DNA from: Candidatus Kapaibacterium sp.
Lineage (GTDB): Bacteria; Bacteroidota; Ignavibacteria; Kapaibacteriales; UBA2268
Length of the DNA: 64,000 nt
Direction: 5' to 3'
Assembly: GCA_963665665.1 (NCBI GenBank)
Contig: OY762428.1
Span: 1,952,001 to 2,016,000 of the forward strand
Shown here: in pieces, positions 1 to 10,513 of the stretch
Layout of the letters: each line of letters starts with the position of its first letter
Numbering within the stretch: the first letter of the stretch is position 1
Notes under the pieces: model-generated
Databases searched by the model: none
Seen by the model: the letters and a program-made list of their open reading frames with translations, nothing else
What the model was told of the DNA's origin: nothing
Made by a program: the position numbers and the translations under genes

Positions 1-150
1 ACCCACGATAATAACAAGAATACCGATCAGGGCAATTTTAATATTTTTCCCGGATAAAGGAAATTCCCATTTTACAGTATTTTTATTTTTGATACTTCTT
101 TTGGCCGCTACAGGATTTTTTCTGACTTTTTTTGATGCTGTTTTTGCCAT
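1..150 (-). CDS. DUF3098-family small membrane protein (5' part; runs off the window)
   Basis: ATG at 150 reads MAKTASKKSQKK...WEFPLSGKNIKIALIGILVIIVG: a basic N-terminus followed by an FP-x-G-K-N segment and a TM helix, as in DUF3098. Confidence 0.6.
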   Translation of the reverse strand, partial: MAKTASKKVRKNPVAAKRSIKNKNTVKWEFPLSGKNIKIALIGILVIIVG

Positions 151-516
151 TATCTGCCTTTATAACTAATTAGTGTTTATATCTTATATCTATTTAACTA
201 CAAATTTAATAAATTCAAGACAATTGCCAATACTATTAGGCGTATTATTCAAATTAATATTATGAATAATTTTAAAATTTGATAAGTTAGTCAAACCAGA
301 TACAGGGCAACCCTAAATGCAGCAAATGTCCATAATTTTTAAATCTATCTTCCAGATGGATTTGAAAACTGTTTACTAAAAAAATATATATAATAAAATT
401 TTCAATTGCAATGCAAAGCATTCAGAAAATAAGAATATCTTAAATTTGAGTACTAAAAGTATAATATTTTGTAAATTAGCAATAATTACTGACGGAAATA
501 AATCAGGGAATAGTAA

Positions 517-1458
517 TTGTATTCGTTTTTAGAAAAAAAATGCCCGAAACTTTACAAGATCATTTTTCGGATAGATGATTTCTTTGAACGTGTATCAGAA
601 CATCACGTTTATCTGATCGGGGCCGGTATTGCTTTCAATATTTTTCTTTATCTGATCCCGCTTTTCCTTTTGGCTGTTTATGTTGTCAGTTTGCTGTTTG
701 GCCAGGAACTGATGAACAACACGCTCGAAACAGCAATGACGGATCTTTTCCCCCCGACTGATACCGCGCGAAACCTGATCTCTGCAATTCTGAACGAAGT
801 GTATTTTATAACCGAGCATAGCAACTGGGCAGGATGGATTGGCCTTGGTATTTTGTTATGGCTGTCATCCACTCTGTTCAATTCATTGCGCACGGGGCTG
901 AACGCGGTTTACGAAATAGAAACACCCAAAATATTTATTTTCTACCGCCTGAAGGATATGTTCCTTGCGGTAATACTTGCTGTTTTGATATTACTATCCT
1001 CCTATGCCGTACCAATATATTCTTTTATAATATCTATCCTGGAACGTGCCCTGCCGAGTACTTTCGAACCTTTCATCTCGGGTTTTGTTTTAACAGGCGG
1101 TTCCATGCTAATGTCCTTTGTGTTTTTCTACCTTCTTTTTCGTTTCGTTCCCAACAAGCGTGTTGAACGATACCCCCGTCTGATAAGCACTGCTATGAGC
1201 GTTATCCTGATAGAAGTTTCCAGAAATCTCTTTGCATGGTATCTGACCAGCCTGAGCAATTACGGCCGTTTTTATGGCACTTATGCTGCCCTTGTATCCA
1301 TGGCGCTCTGGGTATATTATTTCACTCTGATAATTTTGATTTCAGCAGAAGCCGGCTATTATATTAATGAATTGAGAAAAGCCGGAAAAGAAAAAAAATC
1401 AAAAGCAGAGCAAACAAAAACAGAAGAAACACAGCTTAGTAATTCCGACAACCCCTGA
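517..1458 (+). CDS. YihY/virulence factor BrkB family membrane protein
   Basis: Multi-TM protein with GIAFNIFLYLIP, LRTGLNAVYE and YGTYAALVSMALWVYY..IILISAE motifs. Confidence 0.85.
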   Translation: MYSFLEKKCPKLYKIIFRIDDFFERVSEHHVYLIGAGIAFNIFLYLIPLFLLAVYVVSLLFGQELMNNTLETAMTDLFPPTDTARNLISAILNEVYFITEHSNWAGWIGLGILLWLSSTLFNSLRTGLNAVYEIETPKIFIFYRLKDMFLAVILAVLILLSSYAVPIYSFIISILERALPSTFEPFISGFVLTGGSMLMSFVFFYLLFRFVPNKRVERYPRLISTAMSVILIEVSRNLFAWYLTSLSNYGRFYGTYAALVSMALWVYYFTLIILISAEAGYYINELRKAGKEKKSKAEQTKTEETQLSNSDNP

Positions 1459-1838
1459 TTCTTCAACATAGATTATCACGGTTAGAAATATGCGATAGAA
1501 ACAAAAGTGTATAAAAACATTTATAAGCTCTAAAACTATGTGCCGAAGCAGGATACGATATTATAAAATTTAATAGCCCGATTAATAATACGCAATATAT
1601 AGTAAGTATTGTCCTATTGATAATATTTCAAGTTCATAGTGAATACTACTGATATAAAGGTCGGCAATGATGAGATTGAAATTAGCCTTAAAAAGAAGAG
1701 AAACCTTCCGTTGTTATTGGTGGTAATGTCTGATTTCAAACGTCAGGATTATGGGTGGTTGGGAAATAAAAAGTTATATTCTCCGGTAAAGTTATTCCTG
1801 ATTTACGCACGGCTGTTTATGTGACAATCTGTGCTCAT

Positions 1839-1872
1839 AAAAAAAAAGGCCGCCGTTTGGCAGCCTTTTTTT
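1839..1872. terminator. Intrinsic terminator downstream of dnaK (bidirectional shape)
   Basis: A-tract, AGGCCGCC-gttt-GGCAGCCT stem, T-tract. Confidence 0.75.
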
Positions 1873-1893
1873 CAAATCTTAGCTAAAGACTTA

Positions 1894-3849
1894 TTATTTG
1901 TCGTCGTCAACTACTGTGTAGTCGGCTTCTTCAACGTTGCCGTCTTTCTTGTTATTGTCCTGTGCGCCGCCGGCATTCTGCTGCTGTGCATTGGGGTCGA
2001 AACCTTCTGCACCGGGCTGGCCCTGCGGACCCTGCTGCTGGTACATGTTCGTGGAAGCTTCGCTCCATACGGCATTCAGTGCATCCATTGCCGGCTGAAT
2101 ATCGGCAGCATTTTCTTTAACTGCTTTTGCAAGACGTTCCTTGGCTTCCTCGATTTTCTTCTTGTGTTCTTCGGGGATCTTGTCGCCAAGTTCTTTAAGC
2201 TGTTTCTCTGTTGAATAAACCAGGTTGTCAGCTTTATTTCTTGTTTCAATATCGTCCTTGCGTTTTTTATCTTCAGCCGAATTGTCCTCAGCCTGTTTTT
2301 TCATATTTTCGATCTCTTCTTTCGAGAGTCCGCTCGAAGATTCAATCCTGATATTCTGCTCTTTGTTTGTTGCTTTATCTTTTGCAGCAACACCAAGAAT
2401 ACCGTTAGCATCGATATCGAATGTTACTTCAACCTGCGGGATACCGCGTGGTGCCGGCGGAATTCCGTCAAGGTGGAAACGTCCGAGCGACCTGTTATCC
2501 CTTGCCATGGGGCGTTCGCCCTGGAGAACGTGAATCTCTACCGATGTCTGGTTGTCCGTGGCTGTCGAGAAAATCTCTGTTTTGCGTGTAGGTATTGTAG
2601 TGTTTGCCGGAATCATAGGAGTCATAACACCGCCGAGTGTTTCAATACCGAGAGTCAGCGGAGTTACGTCGAGAAGAAGAACGTCTTCCACGTCGCCGGA
2701 AAGAACACCGCCCTGAATTGCTGCGCCGATTGCAACAACTTCATCGGGGTTAACGCCTTTTGAAGGCTCTTTGCCAAAGAAGTTTTTCACGAGATCCTGG
2801 ATTTTTGGAATCCTTGTAGAACCACCAACAAGAATGATATCGTCAATCTGGTTGGGTGAAAGTTTTGCATCGTTCAAAGCCTGCTCTACAGGCCTTAGTG
2901 TTTTTTCAAACAGGTCAGCACAAAGTGACTCGAAAGTTGCACGTGTAATATTTATGTTAAGGTGCTTTGGCCCGTCCTGTGTAGCTGTAATAAACGGCAG
3001 GTTCACGTCGGTTGAAAGCATCTGTGAAAGTTCTGTTTTTGCTTTTTCGGCAGCTTCGCGAAGCCTCTGGAGCGCCATCGGGTCTTTCCTGAGGTCTATG
3101 CTTTCCTGCTTGTTGAACTCGTCGGCAAGATAATCAATAAGTTTCTGGTCGAAGTTATCGCCGCCAAGGTGTGTATCACCGTTAGTTGACTTCACTTCAA
3201 ATACGCCGTCGCCAATTTCAAGGATAGAGATATCAAATGTACCGCCGCCAAGGTCATAAACTGCAACTGTCATGTTTTTGCCTTTTTTATCAAGGCCGTA
3301 AGCAAGGGCTGCTGCCGTTGGTTCGTTGATAATCCTTCTTACTTTAAGGCCTGCAATCTCGCCGGCATCTTTTGTTGCCTGGCGCTGAGAGTCATTAAAG
3401 TATGCAGGAACAGTGATAACGGCTTCTTCAATTTTTGTTCCGAGGTAATCTTCAGCTGTCTGTTTCATTTTCTGGAGAACCATTGCTGAAATTTCGGGCG
3501 GAGAGTACTGACGTCCGTCGATATTAACACGAGCTGTGTTGCCATCTCCCGAGCCGACTACTTCATAAGGTACCATTGAAGTCTCTTCGCCAACTTCACC
3601 CATCCTGCGGCCCATGAACCTCTTGATTGAATAAACCGTGTTGTTCGGATTTGTAACTGCCTGGCGTTTAGCTGCCTGGCCCACGAGCCTTTCGCCATTC
3701 TTGGCGAAGCCAACCATCGAGGGAGTTGTCCTTGCACCTTCGCTGTTAGCAATAACTGTCGGGTTTGAACCTTCCATTACTGCAACGCATGAGTTGGTTG
3801 TTCCAAGGTCAATTCCAATAATTTTTCCCATAATATTACTCCTTTTCAA
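1894..3849 (-). CDS. dnaK: Chaperone DnaK (Hsp70); real start probably MGKIIGID
   Basis: [25 protein letters not shown] and GVNPDEVVA motifs. Confidence 0.99.
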   Translation of the reverse strand: MKRSNIMGKIIGIDLGTTNSCVAVMEGSNPTVIANSEGARTTPSMVGFAKNGERLVGQAAKRQAVTNPNNTVYSIKRFMGRRMGEVGEETSMVPYEVVGSGDGNTARVNIDGRQYSPPEISAMVLQKMKQTAEDYLGTKIEEAVITVPAYFNDSQRQATKDAGEIAGLKVRRIINEPTAAALAYGLDKKGKNMTVAVYDLGGGTFDISILEIGDGVFEVKSTNGDTHLGGDNFDQKLIDYLADEFNKQESIDLRKDPMALQRLREAAEKAKTELSQMLSTDVNLPFITATQDGPKHLNINITRATFESLCADLFEKTLRPVEQALNDAKLSPNQIDDIILVGGSTRIPKIQDLVKNFFGKEPSKGVNPDEVVAIGAAIQGGVLSGDVEDVLLLDVTPLTLGIETLGGVMTPMIPANTTIPTRKTEIFSTATDNQTSVEIHVLQGERPMARDNRSLGRFHLDGIPPAPRGIPQVEVTFDIDANGILGVAAKDKATNKEQNIRIESSSGLSKEEIENMKKQAEDNSAEDKKRKDDIETRNKADNLVYSTEKQLKELGDKIPEEHKKKIEEAKERLAKAVKENAADIQPAMDALNAVWSEASTNMYQQQGPQGQPGAEGFDPNAQQQNAGGAQDNNKKDGNVEEADYTVVDDDK

Positions 3850-3954
3850 TAAATTCTGTTATGTGATAAATATTAATTTTTTCTTCAATAGTAATTTGAT
3901 TTATTGTCTTTCCGAGCTCCTCAAATCCCTCAGGAAGAGGATATTTGCATCTTA

Positions 3955-3986
3955 GCCCTTCCCTTAGGGGAGGGTTGGGAGAGGTC
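3955..3986. repeat. REP-like GC-rich palindromic element (CCCTTCCC..GGGGAGGG-TTGGGAGAGGTC family)
   Basis: Related sequence, in both orientations, at 19584-19670. Confidence 0.5.
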
Positions 3987-4228
3987 GAAAAATATTTCTT
4001 TTATTCTTTGCTCGTCTGGATTTCCATATCCCTACTTATAATAGGGAAAGGATTTCCCAATCCATCTTTCTTTCGGATAAGATATCCGAAAGAGACTTTT
4101 TCCAACATTATCGTCAATAATATTTCGTATATCTTAAAACAACTGTCTTTTAAAAGATAAATGTATGTCATTCAAACTCTATAAAAGAAAATTCCTGCCT
4201 CAGGAAATGGCAATTAAATAACGGGGAA

Positions 4229-4321
4229 TTCCCCTCCTGCGGAGGGGTGCCCGAAGGGCGGGGTGGTGAATAAATTAAAGATTAATAAAACCACCCCTTT
4301 AATCCCCTCCAGCGGAGGGGA
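4229..4321. repeat. Paired inverted GC-rich REP-like elements (CCCCTCC..GGAGGGG)
   Basis: ttcccctcctgcggaggggtgcccgaagggcggggtggt followed by accacccc...cccctccagcggaggggg. Confidence 0.5.
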
Positions 4322-4486
4322 ATACCATTTAAACAAGCTTCCTTTTAATTCAAATTTTCAAAGTTCGTTTTAACCATTTCAAATATTCTTTTTAAGTATG
4401 ACAGCAAGAAAGGGATTCTTTCCTGCTGCCGGTGTTCCATAATCTATAGCTTACAAAATTAACACATATTTTTATATTTTATATGC

Positions 4487-4924
4487 TTATGCAATATTTA
4501 TTTCAATTTCTTTCGGTTTTTCCGGTTCAATCTTGTCAATTTTCAGTTCAAGAATACCATTATTGAAAGATGCGGAAACACTTTCGCGATTCACTTTATC
4601 TGTTAGTTGTATCTGGCGGCTGAAATCACCGAACATTCTTTCATTGCGGATGCAGCAAACTTCCTGGTCGCCTTCGGGACGCTGTTTTTTACCTTTTAGG
4701 GTAAGTACATTTTCTTCACTCACGCTGAGTTTCACATCTTCCTTTGCCACACCGGGAATTTCAAATTTAATATATACTGATTTTTCATCTTCCAGGATAT
4801 CCATGCGGGGCGAAAATCCGCCGAATTCAAAGTTTACGCCTTTTTCCATTTCGCCGGCAATATCGCTCATACGTTTTGTGATTGAACCAAAGCTTCTGTA
4901 GGGATCAAATCTTAACATAGCCAT
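4487..4924 (-). CDS. Small heat-shock protein, Hsp20/alpha-crystallin family
   Basis: PRMDILED, EIPGV.KEDVKL, ERMFGDFSR and NGILELKI motifs. Confidence 0.95.
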   Translation of the reverse strand: MAMLRFDPYRSFGSITKRMSDIAGEMEKGVNFEFGGFSPRMDILEDEKSVYIKFEIPGVAKEDVKLSVSEENVLTLKGKKQRPEGDQEVCCIRNERMFGDFSRQIQLTDKVNRESVSASFNNGILELKIDKIEPEKPKEIEINIA

Positions 4925-4973
4925 TTTATTACTCCTTAAATTTTATTTTCAATTTATTTATTTTTATTCTTTT

Positions 4974-5060
4974 TGTCATTCTGAGCGCAGCGAAGAATCC
5001 ATTCTTAATTTTTTAACCGGGAAATTCATGGATTCTTCAGTCGCTTCGCTCCATCAGAAT
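4974..5060. repeat. REP/MITE-like inverted element (GTCATTCTGAGCGCAGCGAAGAATC...GATTCTTC..CAGAAT)
   Basis: Imperfect terminal inverted arms; degenerate second copy at 45049-45120. Confidence 0.6.
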
Positions 5061-5090
5061 TATATAGTTTTTTCAAAGTTCTAATCAGTT

Positions 5091-5528
5091 TTACGAAATC
5101 TCAACATTTATTTCTTTCGGTTTTTCCGGTTCTTTCTTGGCAAGCGAAATTTCAAGAACGCCATTTACAAATTTTGCTTTTATGCTGTCGTCATCAATAT
5201 TTTCCGGGAGAACGAAAGCCCTTGTAAATTCGCCTGCGCCTCTTTCGGATTTAACAACTCTCATGCCTTCGGCAAGTTCTTCATTTTTCTTTGCGCCCTG
5301 GATAGTTAGCACTTTGTCTTCATTCACACTGATCTTTACATCTTCTTTACTGAGGCCGGGAAGTTCCACATTAACAAGAACTGAATTATCATCTTCGGTT
5401 ATGTCCACCCTGGGAGTAAAGCCTCCGGTTTCAAAGCTGAAGCCTTTGTCGAAATCGCTAAGGAAGTTATTCATTCTGCGGTTCAGGCCTTCAAAGCCTC
5501 TGAAAGGATCAAATTTTACGAGTGTCAT
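5091..5528 (-). CDS. Small heat-shock protein, Hsp20/alpha-crystallin family
   Basis: PRVDITED, ELPGLSKEDV, ERGAGEFTRAF and NGVLEISL motifs; paralog of 4487-4924. Confidence 0.95.
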   Translation of the reverse strand: MTLVKFDPFRGFEGLNRRMNNFLSDFDKGFSFETGGFTPRVDITEDDNSVLVNVELPGLSKEDVKISVNEDKVLTIQGAKKNEELAEGMRVVKSERGAGEFTRAFVLPENIDDDSIKAKFVNGVLEISLAKKEPEKPKEINVEIS

Positions 5529-5603
5529 ATCAAATCTCCATTAAAATATTTATAAATTCTGTAGTAGTTTATTTTTCAATTTCCGTTCTTGATTAGCCAA
5601 TAC

Positions 5604-5746
5604 ACGAAAAGTGTGCCAAACTTAAAAACCTGAAATTATTACAGTTAATACTGATTTAATGGCATGATGCATGGCAGAACATACTGACAAAATGAACACC
5701 TGATTGCGACATTGCGACATAATGACAGAATTAATGACAATATGGC
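5604..5746 (-). promoter_or_regulatory. Putative sigma54-type promoter of the hsp20-hsp20-dnaK cluster with upstream repeated TGACA-like motifs
   Basis: Minus strand TTGGCACACTTTTCGT (5619-5604); TGACAAAATGA, CGACATAATGACA and TGACAATATGGC at 5685-5746. Confidence 0.5.
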
Positions 5747-5863
5747 TATTGTAGAATCAGGGCAAAAATATACTATACATTTTGACGAATTATCAAGATT
5801 TTTATAAACAAACATAAATTCGTAAATTATAGCAAACGTTATTTATCATAGAGGACTGCTATT

Positions 5864-8113
5864 ATGAAAGCCGTAACCCTGATCATCATTTTATTTGTTT
5901 CTATTGCTGTTACTATTGCCAATGACGATGTGGTGTGGATAAAATCCGGGGGGAGATATGGAAGCACAGCATCAAACTATAAAATTGCGGGAAACAATAA
6001 GTATTTCATATTTGAAGAAAACAATGCTACCAATTACATTGATATTAAAACCGGTAACCTGGTAAAAACCTATACAAATTCCATTAGTGATGACGATTAT
6101 TTTGATAATCGAATTTTTGAAGATTTTATTGATGATTCAATTCTTGTTCAGGTATATAGGGATACAATCAACTATTTGAATTTCTATACCAATGAGATTA
6201 AAAAGCAAATAATTCATAATGGTGATTATATTGGTTTCGGAGAATTTGGTTTTGCTGATTATTATGAGGAAAAAAGTTTTTATTCAGAAAAATATAATGC
6301 TCTTATTACAACCAGCAATTCTAAAAGTATCGGAATATGGTATTTTGATACCGGAGTAATTGAAGAATATGAAGGACGCTCAAAAATCATGGGATTGAAC
6401 TATTTGGAGAAAACATCAGAAATAATATTTAGTGATGATGTTAAAATTTACGTATATGATATTGAACAAAAAAAAATAACTCGTGAGTGTATGGTAACAG
6501 AAGGCTGTCCTAATAAAGCAGCCTATAATATTGTTTTATCTCCGGACGAAAGCCTGTTTGCTTTTCAGACATACGATTATTATAACGGATCGTACCTGTA
6601 TATTTATAATTCAAAAACATTGGAAAGAATTAATGTTTTTGAATGCAGGTGGTTTTCCTGCCAGGCATCCATAAGCTTTGATAATAAAGATATAGCTTTT
6701 CCTGATAAAAACGGAAATATTAAAATACTTGATATTGAAACAGGAGAAATAAAGTTTGATTATGATCCAATTGACATTTTGTCCCAGGTATTTTTCTATA
6801 ATAATGATAAAAGTCTCATAGCCGTAAATCAATATACCGGAGTCACTTTGATGTTCGATATTGAAACGGAAGAACAAGTTAAAACATTGGTTGTTAACGA
6901 CGATGAAACTGATATTTTAAAATTGTCCGATAACGGGGAATATCTTGTTGCTTATGGCTATGGTTATGGCAGAATGAAAATCATCAACAGCGAGACGGGA
7001 AATCTTGAACAACTTTGGGTGCTAAGCGGCGCTTTTGGCGACAATGAGTTTTTCCAGGTTGATTTCCACGATGACCTGATATTATGCTGCAATCAGTCCA
7101 AAAGAATTTACCTGATTGACAGGTTCGAAGGAATCCTCGGAAGGTATGATATGGATGAGGAAATTTGGGACGTTGCTTTTGCCCCGGACGGTAATACATT
7201 TTTGTCGGGAAGTGTTGACGGGAAGATAAGAATACACAACACATTGAACGGCATAGTAATTAACGAATTGAATGAACAAGATGGTTTAACCATTTCACAC
7301 TTATCATACTCGGATGATCCTTCAATTGTTTATGTAATATCATTGGATCAGAATGCTGATTCATACGGCAAATATCATCATTGTAAATTTTCAACTAATC
7401 AATTGATTTTTCAGTATCAGGGGTTTGAAAAAATATATTACAGATGGTCACGGGATATAATAAATAACAGGTATTTTAAAACTCTTGGAAAGATATTTGA
7501 TCTTAAACAACAAAAATATATTTTGGACATGGATTTGGAATATTCTGTTGTAAATTTAGATATATCAAAAAACAATAAATATGTTGCGTTTGGAAATCCG
7601 AGCCATCAGTTTTTTGAAAGAGAATATTTTGATTTATTCAACTTTGAAACCAATAAATTAGCATATAGGTATTATATCCCTGACTACTGGACTCGGGTAA
7701 TAGAAAAGAATTTTCGGGGCAGATTTGGTATTCCCTCGTCTGTTGCGATTTCGCCGGATAATAAATACATATATACAGGCTTAAATAACGGTACGATTAT
7801 GAAACTTAAGCTGAAAGATACTCTCGGCACAGACGTAACAGAAGAATATAATCGGGAGGAAGGACTTTTAGCTTATCCCAACCCGCTAACCGACAGGATA
7901 ATAATTGAAAACCGGGCCGACGATAAAATAATTAGTGGCCTTTGCCTGGCGGATATCTTCGGAAACGAGATTGTATCGTACTCTGGTATTGAACTTAGCA
8001 GTTCGAATAATAATATTGAAATAAATTCATTAAATCTGCCAGCCGGAACATATCTCCTTATTGTCCGCTATTCGGACGGAGGGCAGGCGGTTAAAAAACT
8101 GATTAAGTATTGA
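5864..8113 (+). CDS. WD40/beta-propeller secreted protein with T9SS C-terminal sorting domain (paralog 1)
   Basis: Signal peptide; WD-like VAFAPDGNTFLSGSVDGKIRI and SVAISPDNKYI; CTD AYPNP...LPAGTYLLIV...KKLIKY. Confidence 0.85.
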   Translation: MKAVTLIIILFVSIAVTIANDDVVWIKSGGRYGSTASNYKIAGNNKYFIFEENNATNYIDIKTGNLVKTYTNSISDDDYFDNRIFEDFIDDSILVQVYRDTINYLNFYTNEIKKQIIHNGDYIGFGEFGFADYYEEKSFYSEKYNALITTSNSKSIGIWYFDTGVIEEYEGRSKIMGLNYLEKTSEIIFSDDVKIYVYDIEQKKITRECMVTEGCPNKAAYNIVLSPDESLFAFQTYDYYNGSYLYIYNSKTLERINVFECRWFSCQASISFDNKDIAFPDKNGNIKILDIETGEIKFDYDPIDILSQVFFYNNDKSLIAVNQYTGVTLMFDIETEEQVKTLVVNDDETDILKLSDNGEYLVAYGYGYGRMKIINSETGNLEQLWVLSGAFGDNEFFQVDFHDDLILCCNQSKRIYLIDRFEGILGRYDMDEEIWDVAFAPDGNTFLSGSVDGKIRIHNTLNGIVINELNEQDGLTISHLSYSDDPSIVYVISLDQNADSYGKYHHCKFSTNQLIFQYQGFEKIYYRWSRDIINNRYFKTLGKIFDLKQQKYILDMDLEYSVVNLDISKNNKYVAFGNPSHQFFEREYFDLFNFETNKLAYRYYIPDYWTRVIEKNFRGRFGIPSSVAISPDNKYIYTGLNNGTIMKLKLKDTLGTDVTEEYNREEGLLAYPNPLTDRIIIENRADDKIISGLCLADIFGNEIVSYSGIELSSSNNNIEINSLNLPAGTYLLIVRYSDGGQAVKKLIKY

Positions 8114-8128
8114 TATTTAAATGTATTC

Positions 8129-8159
8129 CTCACCCGATCGCTTGAAGTCATCGGTTGAG
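8129..8159. repeat. REP-like palindrome family A, copy 1 (probable terminator)
   Basis: ctcacccgatcgcttgaagtcatcggttgag followed by a T-tract. Confidence 0.75.
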
Positions 8160-8238
8160 TTTTTTTCTTCATATTTTTATAAACAAACATAAATTCGTAA
8201 ATTATACCAAACGTTATTTATCATAGAGGACTGCTATT

Positions 8239-10449
8239 ATGAAAGCTATTGCCCTGTTCATCTTCTTGTTTGTATCAATTATTTCCGAAACTATTGCCAA
8301 TGACGACGTGGCCTGGATCAAGTCTGGTGGAAATATTGGAGTGGAAAATATTATCGAGGCTAAAGTATCTAAGAATCCAAAATATTTTATTCTAAGAGAG
8401 CATGAAGCAACCAAATTTATTGATATTGAATCCGGTAATTTAATTAAAACATATACCAACTATGGCGGTATAGATTTCAGAGTTTATGAGGATTTCGTTA
8501 GTGATTCTCTAATAATACTGGTTAAGCGGGATACTATAAGATATATTAATTTCTATACTGATGAAATTGAGAAAGAACTCATTGATGTCGGAGCAGCTAT
8601 TGGTGGTCGCAGGCTGGGATTTTCAGATTACAGGGAAATGAAGAACTATTATTCTGAAAAATTAAATGCTTTAATCTCAACAGTCAGTGAAACCGAAATT
8701 GGTGTGTGGTACTTTGATGAAGCAAGAATTGAAAAATTTGGAAAAAATTCAGGAATTCTGGGTGTAAACTACCTTGAGAAAAGTGGAAATATAATATTCT
8801 CGGACTTGTTTGGGACATACTTATATAGTATTGAACAGAAAAAAATAATTAATCAGTGTGATATTTCCGGATATAACATTGTTCTTTCTCCGGACGAGAG
8901 CCTTTTTGCGATACAGACTTACGATTACTACGATGGTTCATATATTCATATCTATAGCAGCTTGAATATGCAAAAAATAAAAACTTATGAATGTAACAGC
9001 TATCCCTGTGAAGCTTCAATAAGTAGTGATAATAAATTTATTGCATTTACTGCTGAAGATTGGAATATTAAAGTTGTTGAAATTGAAACAGATAATATAA
9101 TTTTTGATTATGATCCAATTGACATTTTATCCCAGGTATTTTTCTGTAATAGCGACAAAAATCTTATAGCCGTAAATCAATATACCGGCGTTACTTTGGT
9201 GTATGATATTGAGACAGAAGAACAAGTTAAAACATTAGTTATTAACGACGATGAAACTGATATTTTAAAATTGTCCGATAACGGGGAATATCTTGTTGCT
9301 TATGGTTATGGTTATGGCAGAATGAAAATCATCAACAGCGAGACGGGAAATCTTGAACAACTTTGGGTGCTAAGCGGCGCTTTTGGCGATAATGAGTTTT
9401 TCCAGGTTGATTTCCATGATGATCTGATATTGTGCTGCAACCAGTCTAAAAGAATATACCTGATTGACAGGTTCAAAGGAATTCTCGGCAGGTATGATAT
9501 GGATGAGGAAATTTGGGACGTGGCTTTTGCTCCGGACGGTAATACATTCGTCTCAGGCAGTGCAAATGGTAATCTTAGAGTCCATAACACCGGCAGTGGA
9601 GAGGTTATTAAAGAGATAATTGATGATAATATGCAAGCTGTTCCATTAATATCTTACTCGGATGATCCTTCCGTGGTTTACTATATTTCAGCAGATATGG
9701 AATCTTCTCATATTGGCAGATTTTATCATTGGAACCTTGAAACGAATACTTTGAAATATCAAAACCAGGAATTTTATGACATTTATCCAAGCAGAGCCAA
9801 AGATATAATAAACAGGAGATATTTTACCTATCGCGATTACATTTTTGATTTAAAAGAAATGAAAATAATTTACCATGATTTTCTTGAATATTATTCGGCA
9901 AATATTGATATATCCGATAACGGAAAATATATAGCTTACGGCCATAATTCAAATCAGGAATATTTTGACTTGTATAATCTTGAAAATATGGAGATTGCTT
10001 ACAGATATTCTATTAAAAATTATTGGAAAAGGGTTATTCTTACAGATTACTTTCTTTATCGTGGGATACCCAAATCGATATGTATTTCTCCTGACAATAG
10101 ATATTTATATGTCGGGTTGAATCCCGGCGAGATTATGAAACTTAAGCTGAAAGATACTCTCGGCACAGACATAGCAGAAGAGTATAATCGGGAGGGCGGA
10201 CTTTTAGCTTATCCCAACCCGCTAACCGACAGGATAATAATTGAAAACCGGGCCGACAATAAAATAATTACCGGCCTTTGCCTGGCAGATATTTTCGGGA
10301 ATGAAATTGTATCTAAATCTGCTAACGAATTATACAGTTCGGATAATAAATTTGAAGTGAATTCTTTAAACCTGCCAGCCGGAACATATTTCCTTATTGT
10401 CCGCTATTCGTACGGAGGGCACGCGGTTAAAAAACTGATTAAGTATTGA
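8239..10449 (+). CDS. WD40/beta-propeller secreted protein with T9SS CTD (paralog 2, tandem duplicate)
   Basis: Same architecture as 5864-8113, with near-identical central and C-terminal blocks. Confidence 0.85.
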   Translation: MKAIALFIFLFVSIISETIANDDVAWIKSGGNIGVENIIEAKVSKNPKYFILREHEATKFIDIESGNLIKTYTNYGGIDFRVYEDFVSDSLIILVKRDTIRYINFYTDEIEKELIDVGAAIGGRRLGFSDYREMKNYYSEKLNALISTVSETEIGVWYFDEARIEKFGKNSGILGVNYLEKSGNIIFSDLFGTYLYSIEQKKIINQCDISGYNIVLSPDESLFAIQTYDYYDGSYIHIYSSLNMQKIKTYECNSYPCEASISSDNKFIAFTAEDWNIKVVEIETDNIIFDYDPIDILSQVFFCNSDKNLIAVNQYTGVTLVYDIETEEQVKTLVINDDETDILKLSDNGEYLVAYGYGYGRMKIINSETGNLEQLWVLSGAFGDNEFFQVDFHDDLILCCNQSKRIYLIDRFKGILGRYDMDEEIWDVAFAPDGNTFVSGSANGNLRVHNTGSGEVIKEIIDDNMQAVPLISYSDDPSVVYYISADMESSHIGRFYHWNLETNTLKYQNQEFYDIYPSRAKDIINRRYFTYRDYIFDLKEMKIIYHDFLEYYSANIDISDNGKYIAYGHNSNQEYFDLYNLENMEIAYRYSIKNYWKRVILTDYFLYRGIPKSICISPDNRYLYVGLNPGEIMKLKLKDTLGTDIAEEYNREGGLLAYPNPLTDRIIIENRADNKIITGLCLADIFGNEIVSKSANELYSSDNKFEVNSLNLPAGTYFLIVRYSYGGHAVKKLIKY

Positions 10450-10464
10450 TATTTAAATGTATTC

Positions 10465-10495
10465 CTCACCCGATCACTTGGAGCGATCGGGTGAG
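10465..10495. repeat. REP-like palindrome family A, copy 2
   Basis: ctcacccgatcacttggagcgatcgggtgag between convergent genes. Confidence 0.75.
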
Positions 10496-10513
10496 TTGTA
10501 ACTATAAAGAATT

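Noticed and set aside
1639-1824. 61-aa ORF downstream of the YihY gene
   Set aside because: GTG start, no SD and no recognisable motif; probably spurious or a decayed remnant.
1831-3955. Plus-strand ORFs overlapping dnaK (and similar shadows over metG, ptsI, ugd, the helicase)
   Set aside because: They are antisense frames of well-supported housekeeping genes.
3945-4160. 71-aa ORF upstream of dnaK
   Set aside because: It begins inside a REP-like element on the opposite strand and has no coding features.
3850-5800. CIRCE element for dnaK/hsp20
   Set aside because: No TTAGCACTC-N9-GAGTGCTAA found in the intergenic DNA.
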